From positions 800,001 to 864,000 of the forward strand of contig CBDDCX010000008.1 in assembly GCA_965226375.1 (NCBI GenBank): a stretch of DNA of 64,000 bases. Reading direction: 5' to 3'. Origin of the DNA: Longimicrobiales bacterium (lineage in GTDB: Bacteria > Gemmatimonadota > Gemmatimonadetes > Longimicrobiales > Gaopeijiaceae). This document shows, piece by piece, positions 1 to 8,727 of the stretch (within the stretch, counting starts at the first letter, position 1; each line of letters opens with the position of its first letter). The notes beneath the pieces were generated by a model that made no database searches, was not told the DNA's origin, and was given only the letters and a program-made list of their open reading frames with translations. Position numbers and translations under genes: made by a program.

Positions 1-1
1 G

Positions 2-949
2 TCGGACGACTTCCGCATGGCCGTGCACGTGGCGTCGGATGCGATCGTCGAGTGGATCTTCGACGAACCCGGCATGGCCGCCAGCCGCATCGTCTTCTCG
101 CGCAGGACCGAGGACGGCAACCAGGAGATCTACTTTATCGACTCCGACGGGGAGAACTTCCGGCAAGTGACGCAATACGGCGATCTGACCCAGATGCCCA
201 CCTGGTCGCCGGACGGCCAGCGGATCGCCTACATATCGCGCAAAGACACCGGCCTGCCCAGAATCTACGAGTTGAATCTCGAAACCGGAGAGGAAAAGGC
301 CGTCGATCCGAACCGGCCCGGTGACCACATGACGCCGGTCTATAGCCCGAACGGCCGAGAACTGGCGTTCGCCGTCACAGGGGGCAACCGCAGCGGGATT
401 TTCCGCTACGATCTGCAACGGGACTGCTGCCTGACCCAGGTCAGCGGTGGGCGCTGGGACGACATTTCTCCGACGTTTTCTCCCGATGGGGTTCGGATGG
501 CGTTCAATTCCAACCGTCTGGGAACCGCCCATCCTCAGATCTACGTGATGCCCACCGCGGGTGGCGAGGCCGATCTGATCTCACCCTATCTGCACGGCCA
601 GGAGGGGTACTACACCTCGCCGGAATGGGCTCCCATGGGTGATTACGTGGCCTTCCACGGCCGGGTGAGCCGACGCGGCTGGTATCAGATCCTGGTGGCC
701 GAAGTGGCGGACCGGGGACGCCGTCTCCGACAGCTCACCTGGGAGGGCAACAACGAAGATCCGAGTTGGGCCCCGGACGGGCGACATCTCGTTTTTGTAG
801 GACGTCGTGATTGGGGAACCGGGCTCATGGTGGTGGACACGGCCACGGGCAAGTACCGCATGCTTCTGCGCGGCTTCGACGTTCGGGTGCCGGACTGGTC
901 TCCGTCCCTTCGAACGACGGGACCAGGGTCATTGCGCGGTGGGCCGTAA
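2..949 (+). CDS. tolB: Tol-Pal beta-propeller protein TolB (5' truncated by window)
   Basis: PD40-type repeats (PTWSPDGQRIAY, PVYSPNGRELAF, PTFSPDGVRMAF, PSWAPDGRHLVF); directly upstream of pal. Confidence 0.9.
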   Translation, partial: SDDFRMAVHVASDAIVEWIFDEPGMAASRIVFSRRTEDGNQEIYFIDSDGENFRQVTQYGDLTQMPTWSPDGQRIAYISRKDTGLPRIYELNLETGEEKAVDPNRPGDHMTPVYSPNGRELAFAVTGGNRSGIFRYDLQRDCCLTQVSGGRWDDISPTFSPDGVRMAFNSNRLGTAHPQIYVMPTAGGEADLISPYLHGQEGYYTSPEWAPMGDYVAFHGRVSRRGWYQILVAEVADRGRRLRQLTWEGNNEDPSWAPDGRHLVFVGRRDWGTGLMVVDTATGKYRMLLRGFDVRVPDWSPSLRTTGPGSLRGGP

Positions 950-1078
950 TTGGGTATATGCCTTAGACCGCCTGGTCTCCCTGAGGGGGCCCAAACGCGT
1001 GTCAACGCAAGCGTTTAAGAAGCGGCTCGCCAGCGCGTGTGAGCCCATAACATGGACACTCCCACGACAGGATCGGGA

Positions 1079-1690
1079 ATGAGGATTAAAGACCTACTCG
1101 TACCGGGCTTGGCCGCAGCACTCGTACTAGGTGCCTGCTCTAGCGATCCGGCACCGCCTCCGGCTCCCACTGGGCCGACCGCCGAAGAGCTGGCACAGCG
1201 CCGGGCCGATTCGATCGCCGCCGCCAATGCCGCGGACGAGGCCCGTCGCAGGGCTGAGCAGGAAGCGGCTGACCGGGAGCGTGCTGCGCAGGATCGCGCG
1301 CGCCGTGAGGCCCGGTCCACCCTGGAAGAGTTGGTGAACTTCGACTACGACGAGTCGGAAATCACCTCCGCAGCTGAGCAAGTTCTGCGACGCAAGATTC
1401 CGATCCTCCGCAATAGCCCGACGGTTCGGATCCGCATGGAGGGCCACGCCGACGAGAGGGGCTCCACGGAGTACAACCTGGCCCTGGGAAGCCGACGCGC
1501 CCAAAGCGTGAACGACTTCCTTACCGGGTTCGGCATCTCCGGAGACCGCTTCACGACTACGTCGTTCGGTGAGGACCGTCCTCTGGTCAATCGCAGCGAC
1601 GAAGCGGCCTGGACTCGGAACCGCCGGGTCGAGTTCGTGATCACGGGTGGCACGGTCGTGGTCAGCGAGGACGACCGGGACCAGCCGTAA
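1079..1690 (+). CDS. pal: Peptidoglycan-associated lipoprotein Pal (OmpA_C domain)
   Basis: Lipobox LGAC; NFDYD and EGHADERGSTEYNLALGSRRA, NRRVEF motifs. Confidence 0.93.
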   Translation: MRIKDLLVPGLAAALVLGACSSDPAPPPAPTGPTAEELAQRRADSIAAANAADEARRRAEQEAADRERAAQDRARREARSTLEELVNFDYDESEITSAAEQVLRRKIPILRNSPTVRIRMEGHADERGSTEYNLALGSRRAQSVNDFLTGFGISGDRFTTTSFGEDRPLVNRSDEAAWTRNRRVEFVITGGTVVVSEDDRDQP

Positions 1691-1713
1691 CGCTCAGGTC
1701 GGAGGTCAGGTAG

Positions 1714-2544
1714 ATGAGCTTCACCCCTCCCTCCGGCCCCCTCACCGCGCTAGACCGCGGTAGAGGTGGCCGTGGGGGAGGGGTGTTTCTTTTGTTGGTG
1801 ACGGCCGCGCTCGCGTCCGGGTGTGCGACCAAGGGTGACATCCGGACTTTGACGGAGACGGTTCAGGAGCAGGCCGGCCGCCAGGAACGGCAGCTCCAGG
1901 ACCTGGCCGGCGAGATCCAGGCCCTTCAGGACACGCTGGACATCCAGTCCGACATGGTGGTGGACACCCGGGGGGGGATCGCCAGAGAGCTCAGGGACGT
2001 GCAGGATGCGCTGTCACGCCTCATGGCTCTGACCGGACAGATCCAACGCGAGGTCACGTTGCTGTCGAATCGCCTCGACGCACAGTCGGCCCGGGTGATT
2101 GCGTCGCCAAGACCCGGAGACGCCGACTCGACGGGTGCGCTCGGACCCGATGTCGGTGGAGCGGATCCGGCTGCCGCAGACGCCACGTATCAGGCGGCCA
2201 TGGCCCAATTCAGACGGGGCTCTACGGCCACGGCGGGCCGAGCCTTCGAGAGTTTTCTCGCGGACTACCCGGACCACCGCCTCGCGCCCTCGGCCCAGTT
2301 CTTCCTCGCGGATGTGTACGAGCAGGAGCTTCGCCTCGACGAGGCCGTCGAAGTCTTCCTTCGTATTCCGGAGCTCTATCCGACGGATGATCGGGTGCCC
2401 GTCGCGTTGTACCGCGCAGGAGCCATCTTCGCCCTGCAGGAGAACGTGCAGGAGGCGGTTCGGTACCTGGAGACGGTGGTCAACACCTACCCTGACAGCG
2501 ATGCGGCGGATCTGGCCCAGGAGCTGCTGCAGGAAATCCGCTGA
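1714..2544 (+). CDS. cpoB: Tol-Pal TPR/coiled-coil protein CpoB (YbgF); start uncertain
   Basis: Lipobox-like LASGC, coiled coil, C-terminal TPR (FLADYPDHRLAPSAQFFLA); follows pal. Confidence 0.85.
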   Translation: MSFTPPSGPLTALDRGRGGRGGGVFLLLVTAALASGCATKGDIRTLTETVQEQAGRQERQLQDLAGEIQALQDTLDIQSDMVVDTRGGIARELRDVQDALSRLMALTGQIQREVTLLSNRLDAQSARVIASPRPGDADSTGALGPDVGGADPAAADATYQAAMAQFRRGSTATAGRAFESFLADYPDHRLAPSAQFFLADVYEQELRLDEAVEVFLRIPELYPTDDRVPVALYRAGAIFALQENVQEAVRYLETVVNTYPDSDAADLAQELLQEIR

Positions 2545-2557
2545 GGTTCGGGGCCTC

Positions 2558-2854
2558 TAGAGGTCTGTGGAAGGAGTACAGTGGGTCGCGCGACCCGCGC
2601 CTTCGGCGCGGGTGCCCCGGGTCTTGCGAGGCTCAGAGTAGGAACGACGACGAGTCGTAGCAGGGCTACGGCGAGGAGGAGAGACACCCTATGAGACCGC
2701 AACCCCCCTGTGCCCTCCGGGTTAGGGCGGCGAGGGCCCATCGCGGGTGTTGGCGCTCCTCCCCGATACTACAGCACCGCGTCGTCGCGCCGCCTACGCG
2801 CTGGACCCTCGGCGCTCCTAACGCGACCCACTGTACTCCTTCCACAGACCTCTA
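2558..2854. mobile_element. MITE-like element A (297 bp, perfect 33-bp terminal inverted repeats, TA ends, no transposase)
   Basis: tagaggtctgtggaaggagtacagtgggtcgcg (2558-2590) is the exact reverse complement of 2822-2854. Confidence 0.85.
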
Positions 2855-3352
2855 ATGCGCTGCCCTGAATGCGATGCGACGGAGAACAGGGTCGTCGACA
2901 CGCGAGATAGCCGCGGAGGACGCGCCGTCAGACGGCGTCGGGAGTGCTCGGTGTGCAAGGCCAGGTTCACGACCTACGAGCACATCGAGGAGAGGCCGCT
3001 GCTCGTCTCGAAGCACGACGGCCGGACGGAGAAGTTCGACCGGGCCAAGCTGTTTCGCAGCATTTCGATCGCCTGCGCCAAGCGCCCCGTCACGCAGGAC
3101 GACATCGACGCCCTGGTCGACGGCATCGGGGACGATCTGACCGGTCAGCTGAGTTCCGAGGTTCCGGCTTCACGCATCGGTGAATTGGTCATGGAGCGCC
3201 TCGCTCCGCACGACCGGGTGGCCTACATCCGATTCGCCTCCGTCTACCGGAACTTCCAGGACATCGGTGAGTTCCAAGAGGTGGTCCAGGACCTGAATAC
3301 GCGGGAAGAGGCGAAGGTCCGGTCGCGAAATCAGGAAGAACTCCCGCTCTGA
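2855..3352 (+). CDS. nrdR: Transcriptional repressor NrdR
   Basis: MRCPEC...VVDTRDS...RRRRECSVCKARFTTYE zinc ribbon, ATP cone, AYIRFASVYRNF. Confidence 0.96.
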   Translation: MRCPECDATENRVVDTRDSRGGRAVRRRRECSVCKARFTTYEHIEERPLLVSKHDGRTEKFDRAKLFRSISIACAKRPVTQDDIDALVDGIGDDLTGQLSSEVPASRIGELVMERLAPHDRVAYIRFASVYRNFQDIGEFQEVVQDLNTREEAKVRSRNQEELPL

Positions 3353-3403
3353 CCCGCCCAGGGTCCGCCTTTTCGGCACGCGTAAGGCACCACACACACA
3401 CGA

Positions 3404-4201
3404 ATGTTGAAGCGAACCCGAAATAAACGGGGCGAGATGCCCTTCCTCGACCACCTGGAAGAACTCCGGTGGCGGATATTGTGGACCCTTCTGGCCGTCG
3501 TTCTGGGGAGCGTGGCGGGTTTCGTGCTCGTCCTCGAGTTCGGCGTGCTGGAGATTCTGCTGGCACCCCTCGAGGCCGTCATCGGAGAAGGAGAGAAGCT
3601 CAAGTTCTTCTCCCCGACCGAGCCCTTCTTCCTGGTTTTGAAAATCGGTGTCCTGGTGGGAGTGATCCTCGTATCGCCCATCATCGTCTACCAGATCTGG
3701 GCCTTCTTGTCTCCGGCCTTGGAGCGTCACGAGAAGAGGGCGATCATCCCTGCCCTGTACATGGGCCTGGTGCTATTCGCGGCCGGCGTGACCATGTCGT
3801 ACGTGGTCGCTCTTCCGGTTACGCTGCGGTTCCTGCTCTTTTTCGGTGAGGAGTATTGGGACCCCATCTTGCAGGCGGGCCCGTATCTGGGCTTCGTGAC
3901 CAAGCTGCTGGTGGCTTTCGGCGTGCTCTTCGAGTTGCCGGTGGTGATCATGATCCTCTCGGCATTGGGGCTGGTCACGCCCGCTTTCCTCAGGAAGAAA
4001 CGGCGCCACGCCATCGTCGTGATCACGGTGCTTGCCAGCTTCTTGAGCCCGGGCGACGTGGTCACCGTGACGGTGATGATGATGCTACCGCTTGTGCTCC
4101 TGTACGAGTTCAGCATCCTGCTCTCGGTTCTGATCTATCGACGCCGGGAACGGCATGAGATCGGCGGCGATCCGCCCGACGGATCAGTAGAGACCGGATG
4201 A
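3404..4201 (+). CDS. tatC: Twin-arginine translocase subunit TatC
   Basis: EMPFLDHLEELRWR, YQIWAFLSPAL, FELPV motifs; multiple TM segments. Confidence 0.95.
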   Translation: MLKRTRNKRGEMPFLDHLEELRWRILWTLLAVVLGSVAGFVLVLEFGVLEILLAPLEAVIGEGEKLKFFSPTEPFFLVLKIGVLVGVILVSPIIVYQIWAFLSPALERHEKRAIIPALYMGLVLFAAGVTMSYVVALPVTLRFLLFFGEEYWDPILQAGPYLGFVTKLLVAFGVLFELPVVIMILSALGLVTPAFLRKKRRHAIVVITVLASFLSPGDVVTVTVMMMLPLVLLYEFSILLSVLIYRRRERHEIGGDPPDGSVETG

Positions 4202-7194
4202 TGCTCGAGGCTCGGCTCGCCGGTCGCCTCCGCTGTTGGCTCGCTGTCGTTGGAATCTTGGGGGGCGGGTTGGCTGTGTCCGCCCCACTCTCGGCTCAGG
4301 CCGTGGAAGAGGAGGTCGATTCGGCCCGGATCCGGATTCTCGAGCAGCTGGACCGGCTCGCCAAGCCGCCCGGCGTGGACTCGACCCTTTTCCGGGACTC
4401 CCTGAGGGGCCGTGTGCCTCGCCGTACTCCGCCCCCGGCGACGGCGGACACTTTCCTGGCAAAGCTTCTCGAGCTTCCGGGCTACTCGGTGGCCCGCTAC
4501 GAGGGAGCCCAGGCACGCTTCGACGCGACCGACGAACGCTTGATCCTCATCGGCGCGGAGGGATCGCCTGCAAAGCTCAACCAGGGGCGTGAGCGCATCA
4601 CCGCTGCGGATACCATCAGCATGGCCGACTCTTTGGTGTGGACGGCCGGCGAGACCATCACGGAGAGGCCCGGCGAGGAGCCGGTGCGTAGCTCGAATAT
4701 CATCTACGACCTGAGGCAGGGCAGAGGGTCCGCGTTCGACGCTCACACCAAGCTGACCCAGGGTGCCACATGGGTCATGAACGGAGATTTGCCGGCCATC
4801 CTCCCCGACACCGTGTTCGGCCACGACATCAACTTCACCTCATGTGAAGAGGAGGAACCGCACTATCACTTCGCGGCCCGGGAGCTCAAGGCGATCGGAG
4901 GGAGCTGGCTGGTGGCCCGCAACGTCACGCTCAACTTCGGCGATGTGCCCGTACTGTGGCTCCCCTTCATCTTCCAGAGCACGGAGACCGGAAGGCGCAG
5001 CGGGATTCTGCCCATCCGTGTCGGCGTGAACGACATCGTGCGTACGTCGGCGGGGCAGACGCGGAGAGTGTCCAACGTCGGGTTCTTCTGGGCCATCAAC
5101 GACTACTCCGACGCCACGATCGCCATGGACTGGTGGAGCGACAACTTCACGTCGTTGACCGGGGGGTTTCGGTATCGAAACACTCAGAAATTCATGGACG
5201 GACGGGCCAACGTGCGGCGGTTCTGGAGGGTGGACGGCGGCAGGGAGCTCTCCTTCAACGTGGGGCAGAACTGGCAGATGGACGAGCGCACCTCCCTGCG
5301 CGTCTCCGCTCGCTACGCTTCGAGTTCGCAGTTCGTGAGGCAGAACTCGTTCGACCCCAGAGAAGTCACCCAGTCCATCAACTCCGAGGGAGGCCTCAAC
5401 CGGCGCTTCGACTGGGGCTCGCTGTCTCTGAGCGCCAACCGCCGTCAGTTCCTGAGCGACGATCGGGTGGAGATGACGCTGCCCACGGCCAACTTGTCCC
5501 TCAAGACGATTACGCTCTTCAAGGCGCCGGAGAGCCGCGCCAGGTTCTTCAACAACATGACGTGGTCCGGGAGCGCCCGGTTCAACAAGAGCACCGTCGA
5601 CCGGGCACCGCAGGCCGATTCCACTTTTTCCGAGAGCCTGGCCGACCGGAAGAACGAGAGCGGCAGCGTGAGTAGCTCGTTCAACCTCGGAGCCTTTTCG
5701 TGGAACCAGAACCTCAACTACAGAGGTTCGGGCGTGCTGGACGTGCCTGCATCAGTGGCGTTCGCGGGCGATACCTTGGGGCCGATTCCCATCGAGTTCG
5801 TAGACAAGAGTCAAGCCGACATCATGTGGAACATGTCGTTCAACTATCAGCAGCGACTGATCGGAAGTACGACTCTGACACCCGATCTGAGCATCTCCGG
5901 CAGCTCGAAGCGTTCCGACGACATTCCCGAGGCATCGAGCTTCGTGTCGGGCCCTCGTCGAATCTCTTTCGGCGCCCGCCTGAAGAGCGATATCTACGGG
6001 TACTATGGCGGTTTCGCGGGATTCGAGGCGATCCGTCACAAGATCTCTCCGTCGTTCACCTATGCCTATGCGCCGGAGATCATCCCTTCGCTCCTTCAGG
6101 AAACGGTCTTCGGAGCGCGAGAAGCCAAGGCCAGGAACGTGCTCAGCTTTGGGCTCAACCAGACGTTCGAGGCCAAGCGCCCGGACGATGGGACCGAGGA
6201 GGAGCTCGAGGAGGATCTCGAGGATCCCCTCAGCCTTCTGGATGACCCGTTCGCGTCGGACTCGCTACAGGATGCCAGGGCCGACTCACTGGCGGCCGAG
6301 GCCGAGGCGTTGGCGCTCCGCAGAGAGGAACGTGATGCGCAGGGCGGGCCCGAGCGGCTGCCCGCCTCACGGATCCTGAACCTGTTGTCGCTCCGGACCA
6401 GTGTGATCACCTACGACTTCGTGCGCGCCAGAGACGACGACGACGTTCTCCGGGGATTTACCACGACCCGTCTCCAGAACCAGATCAGCTCCGACTTCCT
6501 GCGCGGAATGACCGTGTCCGTGGAGCACGACCTGTTCGATGAGGACGAAGAGGGGAAACGGGCTTTCGCGCCTCTTCTGTCTCAGCTCAACTTCAGCTTT
6601 GCCATGAGCAACACCTCGGGTGTGCTGCTGGCCCTGGGCAGGCTGTTGCGAGGCGGGGACGACGAAGAAGAGGTCGAGGCCGACGCTGCCCCCCGCACAC
6701 CGCAACCGGTGGTGACGCCCGAGGGGGATACGATTCCGGTCTTGGATGAGGATCCTGACGACCTGGATCCTCTTCTGGACGATCTGGGATTGACCGACGT
6801 GTCGGCCGTGGTTCCTAGTTCTGGTTCGCCGGAGGAGAGAAGGCGTGCACGTACTCGAGGGGCTGCGGGTACCTGGTCAGCCAACTTCAACTACTCCCTG
6901 CGCCGGAACCGGGACGTGAATCTGCCGGCCAGCCAGCTGCTCCAGGTGGGGCTCCGCCTCCGCCCCACCGAGCTGTGGAGCCTGACCTGGGGAACGTCCT
7001 ACGACCTCGACGTCCGGAGCTTCACGGATCATCGCATCCGGCTGACCCGAGACATGCACCGCTGGAACGCGAACTTCGACTTCATGCAGACCGCCACGGG
7101 GAACTGGAGCTTCAGCTTTCAAGTGTCCCTTACCGACAACCGTGATCTGAAGTTCGACTACGACCAGCGCAGCTCGGACATCTTGAACAGATAG
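4198..7194 (+). CDS. lptD: Putative LPS-assembly outer-membrane protein LptD
   Basis: Signal peptide; FTSCEEEEPHYHFAARELK, VPVLWLPF, RRSGIL motifs; C-terminal beta strands (LTRDMHRWNANF). Confidence 0.8.
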   Translation: MMLEARLAGRLRCWLAVVGILGGGLAVSAPLSAQAVEEEVDSARIRILEQLDRLAKPPGVDSTLFRDSLRGRVPRRTPPPATADTFLAKLLELPGYSVARYEGAQARFDATDERLILIGAEGSPAKLNQGRERITAADTISMADSLVWTAGETITERPGEEPVRSSNIIYDLRQGRGSAFDAHTKLTQGATWVMNGDLPAILPDTVFGHDINFTSCEEEEPHYHFAARELKAIGGSWLVARNVTLNFGDVPVLWLPFIFQSTETGRRSGILPIRVGVNDIVRTSAGQTRRVSNVGFFWAINDYSDATIAMDWWSDNFTSLTGGFRYRNTQKFMDGRANVRRFWRVDGGRELSFNVGQNWQMDERTSLRVSARYASSSQFVRQNSFDPREVTQSINSEGGLNRRFDWGSLSLSANRRQFLSDDRVEMTLPTANLSLKTITLFKAPESRARFFNNMTWSGSARFNKSTVDRAPQADSTFSESLADRKNESGSVSSSFNLGAFSWNQNLNYRGSGVLDVPASVAFAGDTLGPIPIEFVDKSQADIMWNMSFNYQQRLIGSTTLTPDLSISGSSKRSDDIPEASSFVSGPRRISFGARLKSDIYGYYGGFAGFEAIRHKISPSFTYAYAPEIIPSLLQETVFGAREAKARNVLSFGLNQTFEAKRPDDGTEEELEEDLEDPLSLLDDPFASDSLQDARADSLAAEAEALALRREERDAQGGPERLPASRILNLLSLRTSVITYDFVRARDDDDVLRGFTTTRLQNQISSDFLRGMTVSVEHDLFDEDEEGKRAFAPLLSQLNFSFAMSNTSGVLLALGRLLRGGDDEEEVEADAAPRTPQPVVTPEGDTIPVLDEDPDDLDPLLDDLGLTDVSAVVPSSGSPEERRRARTRGAAGTWSANFNYSLRRNRDVNLPASQLLQVGLRLRPTELWSLTWGTSYDLDVRSFTDHRIRLTRDMHRWNANFDFMQTATGNWSFSFQVSLTDNRDLKFDYDQRSSDILNR

Positions 7195-7309
7195 GGAGAT
7201 CCCGCCCCCGCCGCGCCCGTGTCTTAGCGGATATCTTGGCTGTCCTCTTCCGAGGACGATTTGGGCATGGCTGTCTCCGAAACCCCTTGATCTATGCGGT
7301 TCTCGGTTT

Positions 7310-7325
7310 TGGTATCGGTTGTGCA
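7310..7325 (+). promoter_or_regulatory. Candidate sigma-54 (-24/-12) promoter
   Basis: TGGTATCGGTTGTGCA has GG-N10-GC spacing, about 70 nt upstream of the lipoprotein start. Confidence 0.4.
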
Positions 7326-7394
7326 TTGGGGTCGGGTGGAGGATCGCCGGGATCCGAGAGACCCGGCGCGGACCCAGCGTGAGGTAGATGAATC

Positions 7395-8519
7395 ATGTGG
7401 AAACGGTTCTTTGTGGTGGTTGGGGCGGCTCTGTTGCTGGGCGCCTGTGACAACGATACCACCGTGTACGTTCCCGTCGACGACTTTCCGGCTCCGCCGG
7501 AGGGACTCGATGGCGAGTACTTCAACCAGGCGGTTACGCTCCAGTGGTTTCTGGGGGCCCAGTGGAACGGCGAGTCCTTCCGCGTCTACGGGCGTCGTGT
7601 AGGCGACGCCACCTTCCTGTTCATCGCAGAGGTGACGAGCTGTGCCGACAGCGCCTGTGAGTACACGGACACCAACATCGTCGAGTCGGTCGGATACGAG
7701 TACTTCGTCTCGGCTGTCGATCCCTTTACGGGTGCCGAGACCGACTCCGATAACGTGGTCCTGGTTGCGGTACCGTCGTTCAGTCCACCGCCCGTTCCGT
7801 CCGGCTTGGAAGTGGTGGCTCTGGACAACACCAACTACCTCCGCTGGAGCGATAACGCCCGTTCAGCAAGCGATTTTTCCCACTATAGGGTGTATTTGCT
7901 GACGGATGGGGGCTCGACGCCTCTCGGCGAGACCGACTCCGAGGGTTTCTTGGATGAACTCGCCGAAAACGGCGTCTCTTCGGTGTATGTGGTGTCCTCC
8001 GTGGACGTCTACGGACACGAGAGCTTGGACAGCTTCGAGAACACGGCTACGCCCCGGCCCGACTTCCGAGGGGAGTTACTGCTCTCGTTCTCGGACGATC
8101 CGGCTCGCTCCGGCTTCCGGTTCGCCGAGTCAGATCAGGACGATCCCATCGTGGACGGGACTTCGCCCGCAAGACACTTTCGTCTCGAGACGGATGCCTT
8201 GGGCTGGTGGCTCGTGCCCGGACCCGCAGCGGAGGTTTTCCCCGAAGGCTCCTGCTCCACGGCCTTGAAGTGCGGGGTGGCAGCCGACCTACAGTGTCAG
8301 GATTGGACGACCGCCCCGACCTCGGGGTACAGCGGCGCGGACGTGTTCCTGGAGCCCGAACTCTCCTATATGCTGCGCGTGGTGGGCGACGATGGCCAGC
8401 TACACTACGGCACCATTCGGGTGGCCCTGTTGGGCGCTGATCAGACCGGTGCGGAGCTCATGATTTTCGACTGGGCCTACCAGCTCCAGGCCGGAAACCC
8501 CCAGTTGGCGGGTCGCTGA
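7395..8519 (+). CDS. Lipoprotein with two fibronectin-III-like segments, function unknown
   Basis: SD GAGGT; lipobox LLGAC; PAPPEGL..VTLQW..YFVSAVD and PPVPSGL..LRW..YVVSSVDVYGHES patterns. Confidence 0.75.
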   Translation: MWKRFFVVVGAALLLGACDNDTTVYVPVDDFPAPPEGLDGEYFNQAVTLQWFLGAQWNGESFRVYGRRVGDATFLFIAEVTSCADSACEYTDTNIVESVGYEYFVSAVDPFTGAETDSDNVVLVAVPSFSPPPVPSGLEVVALDNTNYLRWSDNARSASDFSHYRVYLLTDGGSTPLGETDSEGFLDELAENGVSSVYVVSSVDVYGHESLDSFENTATPRPDFRGELLLSFSDDPARSGFRFAESDQDDPIVDGTSPARHFRLETDALGWWLVPGPAAEVFPEGSCSTALKCGVAADLQCQDWTTAPTSGYSGADVFLEPELSYMLRVVGDDGQLHYGTIRVALLGADQTGAELMIFDWAYQLQAGNPQLAGR

Positions 8520-8542
8520 CGACGCGAGCCCAGGTCGGGTCC

Positions 8543-8584
8543 GCCCGACTCCCCCGGTGGTTTTGGTCATCGGGGGCGTCGGGC
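8543..8584 (+). terminator. GC-rich stem-loop after lipoprotein gene (terminator or mRNA stabiliser)
   Basis: gcccgac-t-cccccggtgg / tcatcggggg-c-gtcgggc arms; no clear U tract. Confidence 0.45.
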
Positions 8585-8727
8585 CGCTAACGGCGTCTAT
8601 CCCCTTGTGTTCCGGGCTGTTGCAGGCAGATTAGTGCTCTTCATTCCGATGCTTCGCGTCTGAAGTCCCGCGGCGTGATCCGTGAACGTGCGGGTGGGTG
8701 GGAAGACTCGAGTGCGAGCGTGAGTAC

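Noticed and set aside
2558..2854. Element A as a tRNA, riboswitch or CRISPR array
   Set aside because: No cloverleaf, recognisable aptamer or repeat-spacer periodicity; perfect TIRs fit a MITE better
3388..3402. Short (CA)n run upstream of tatC
   Set aside because: Only about five units, too short to argue for phase variation
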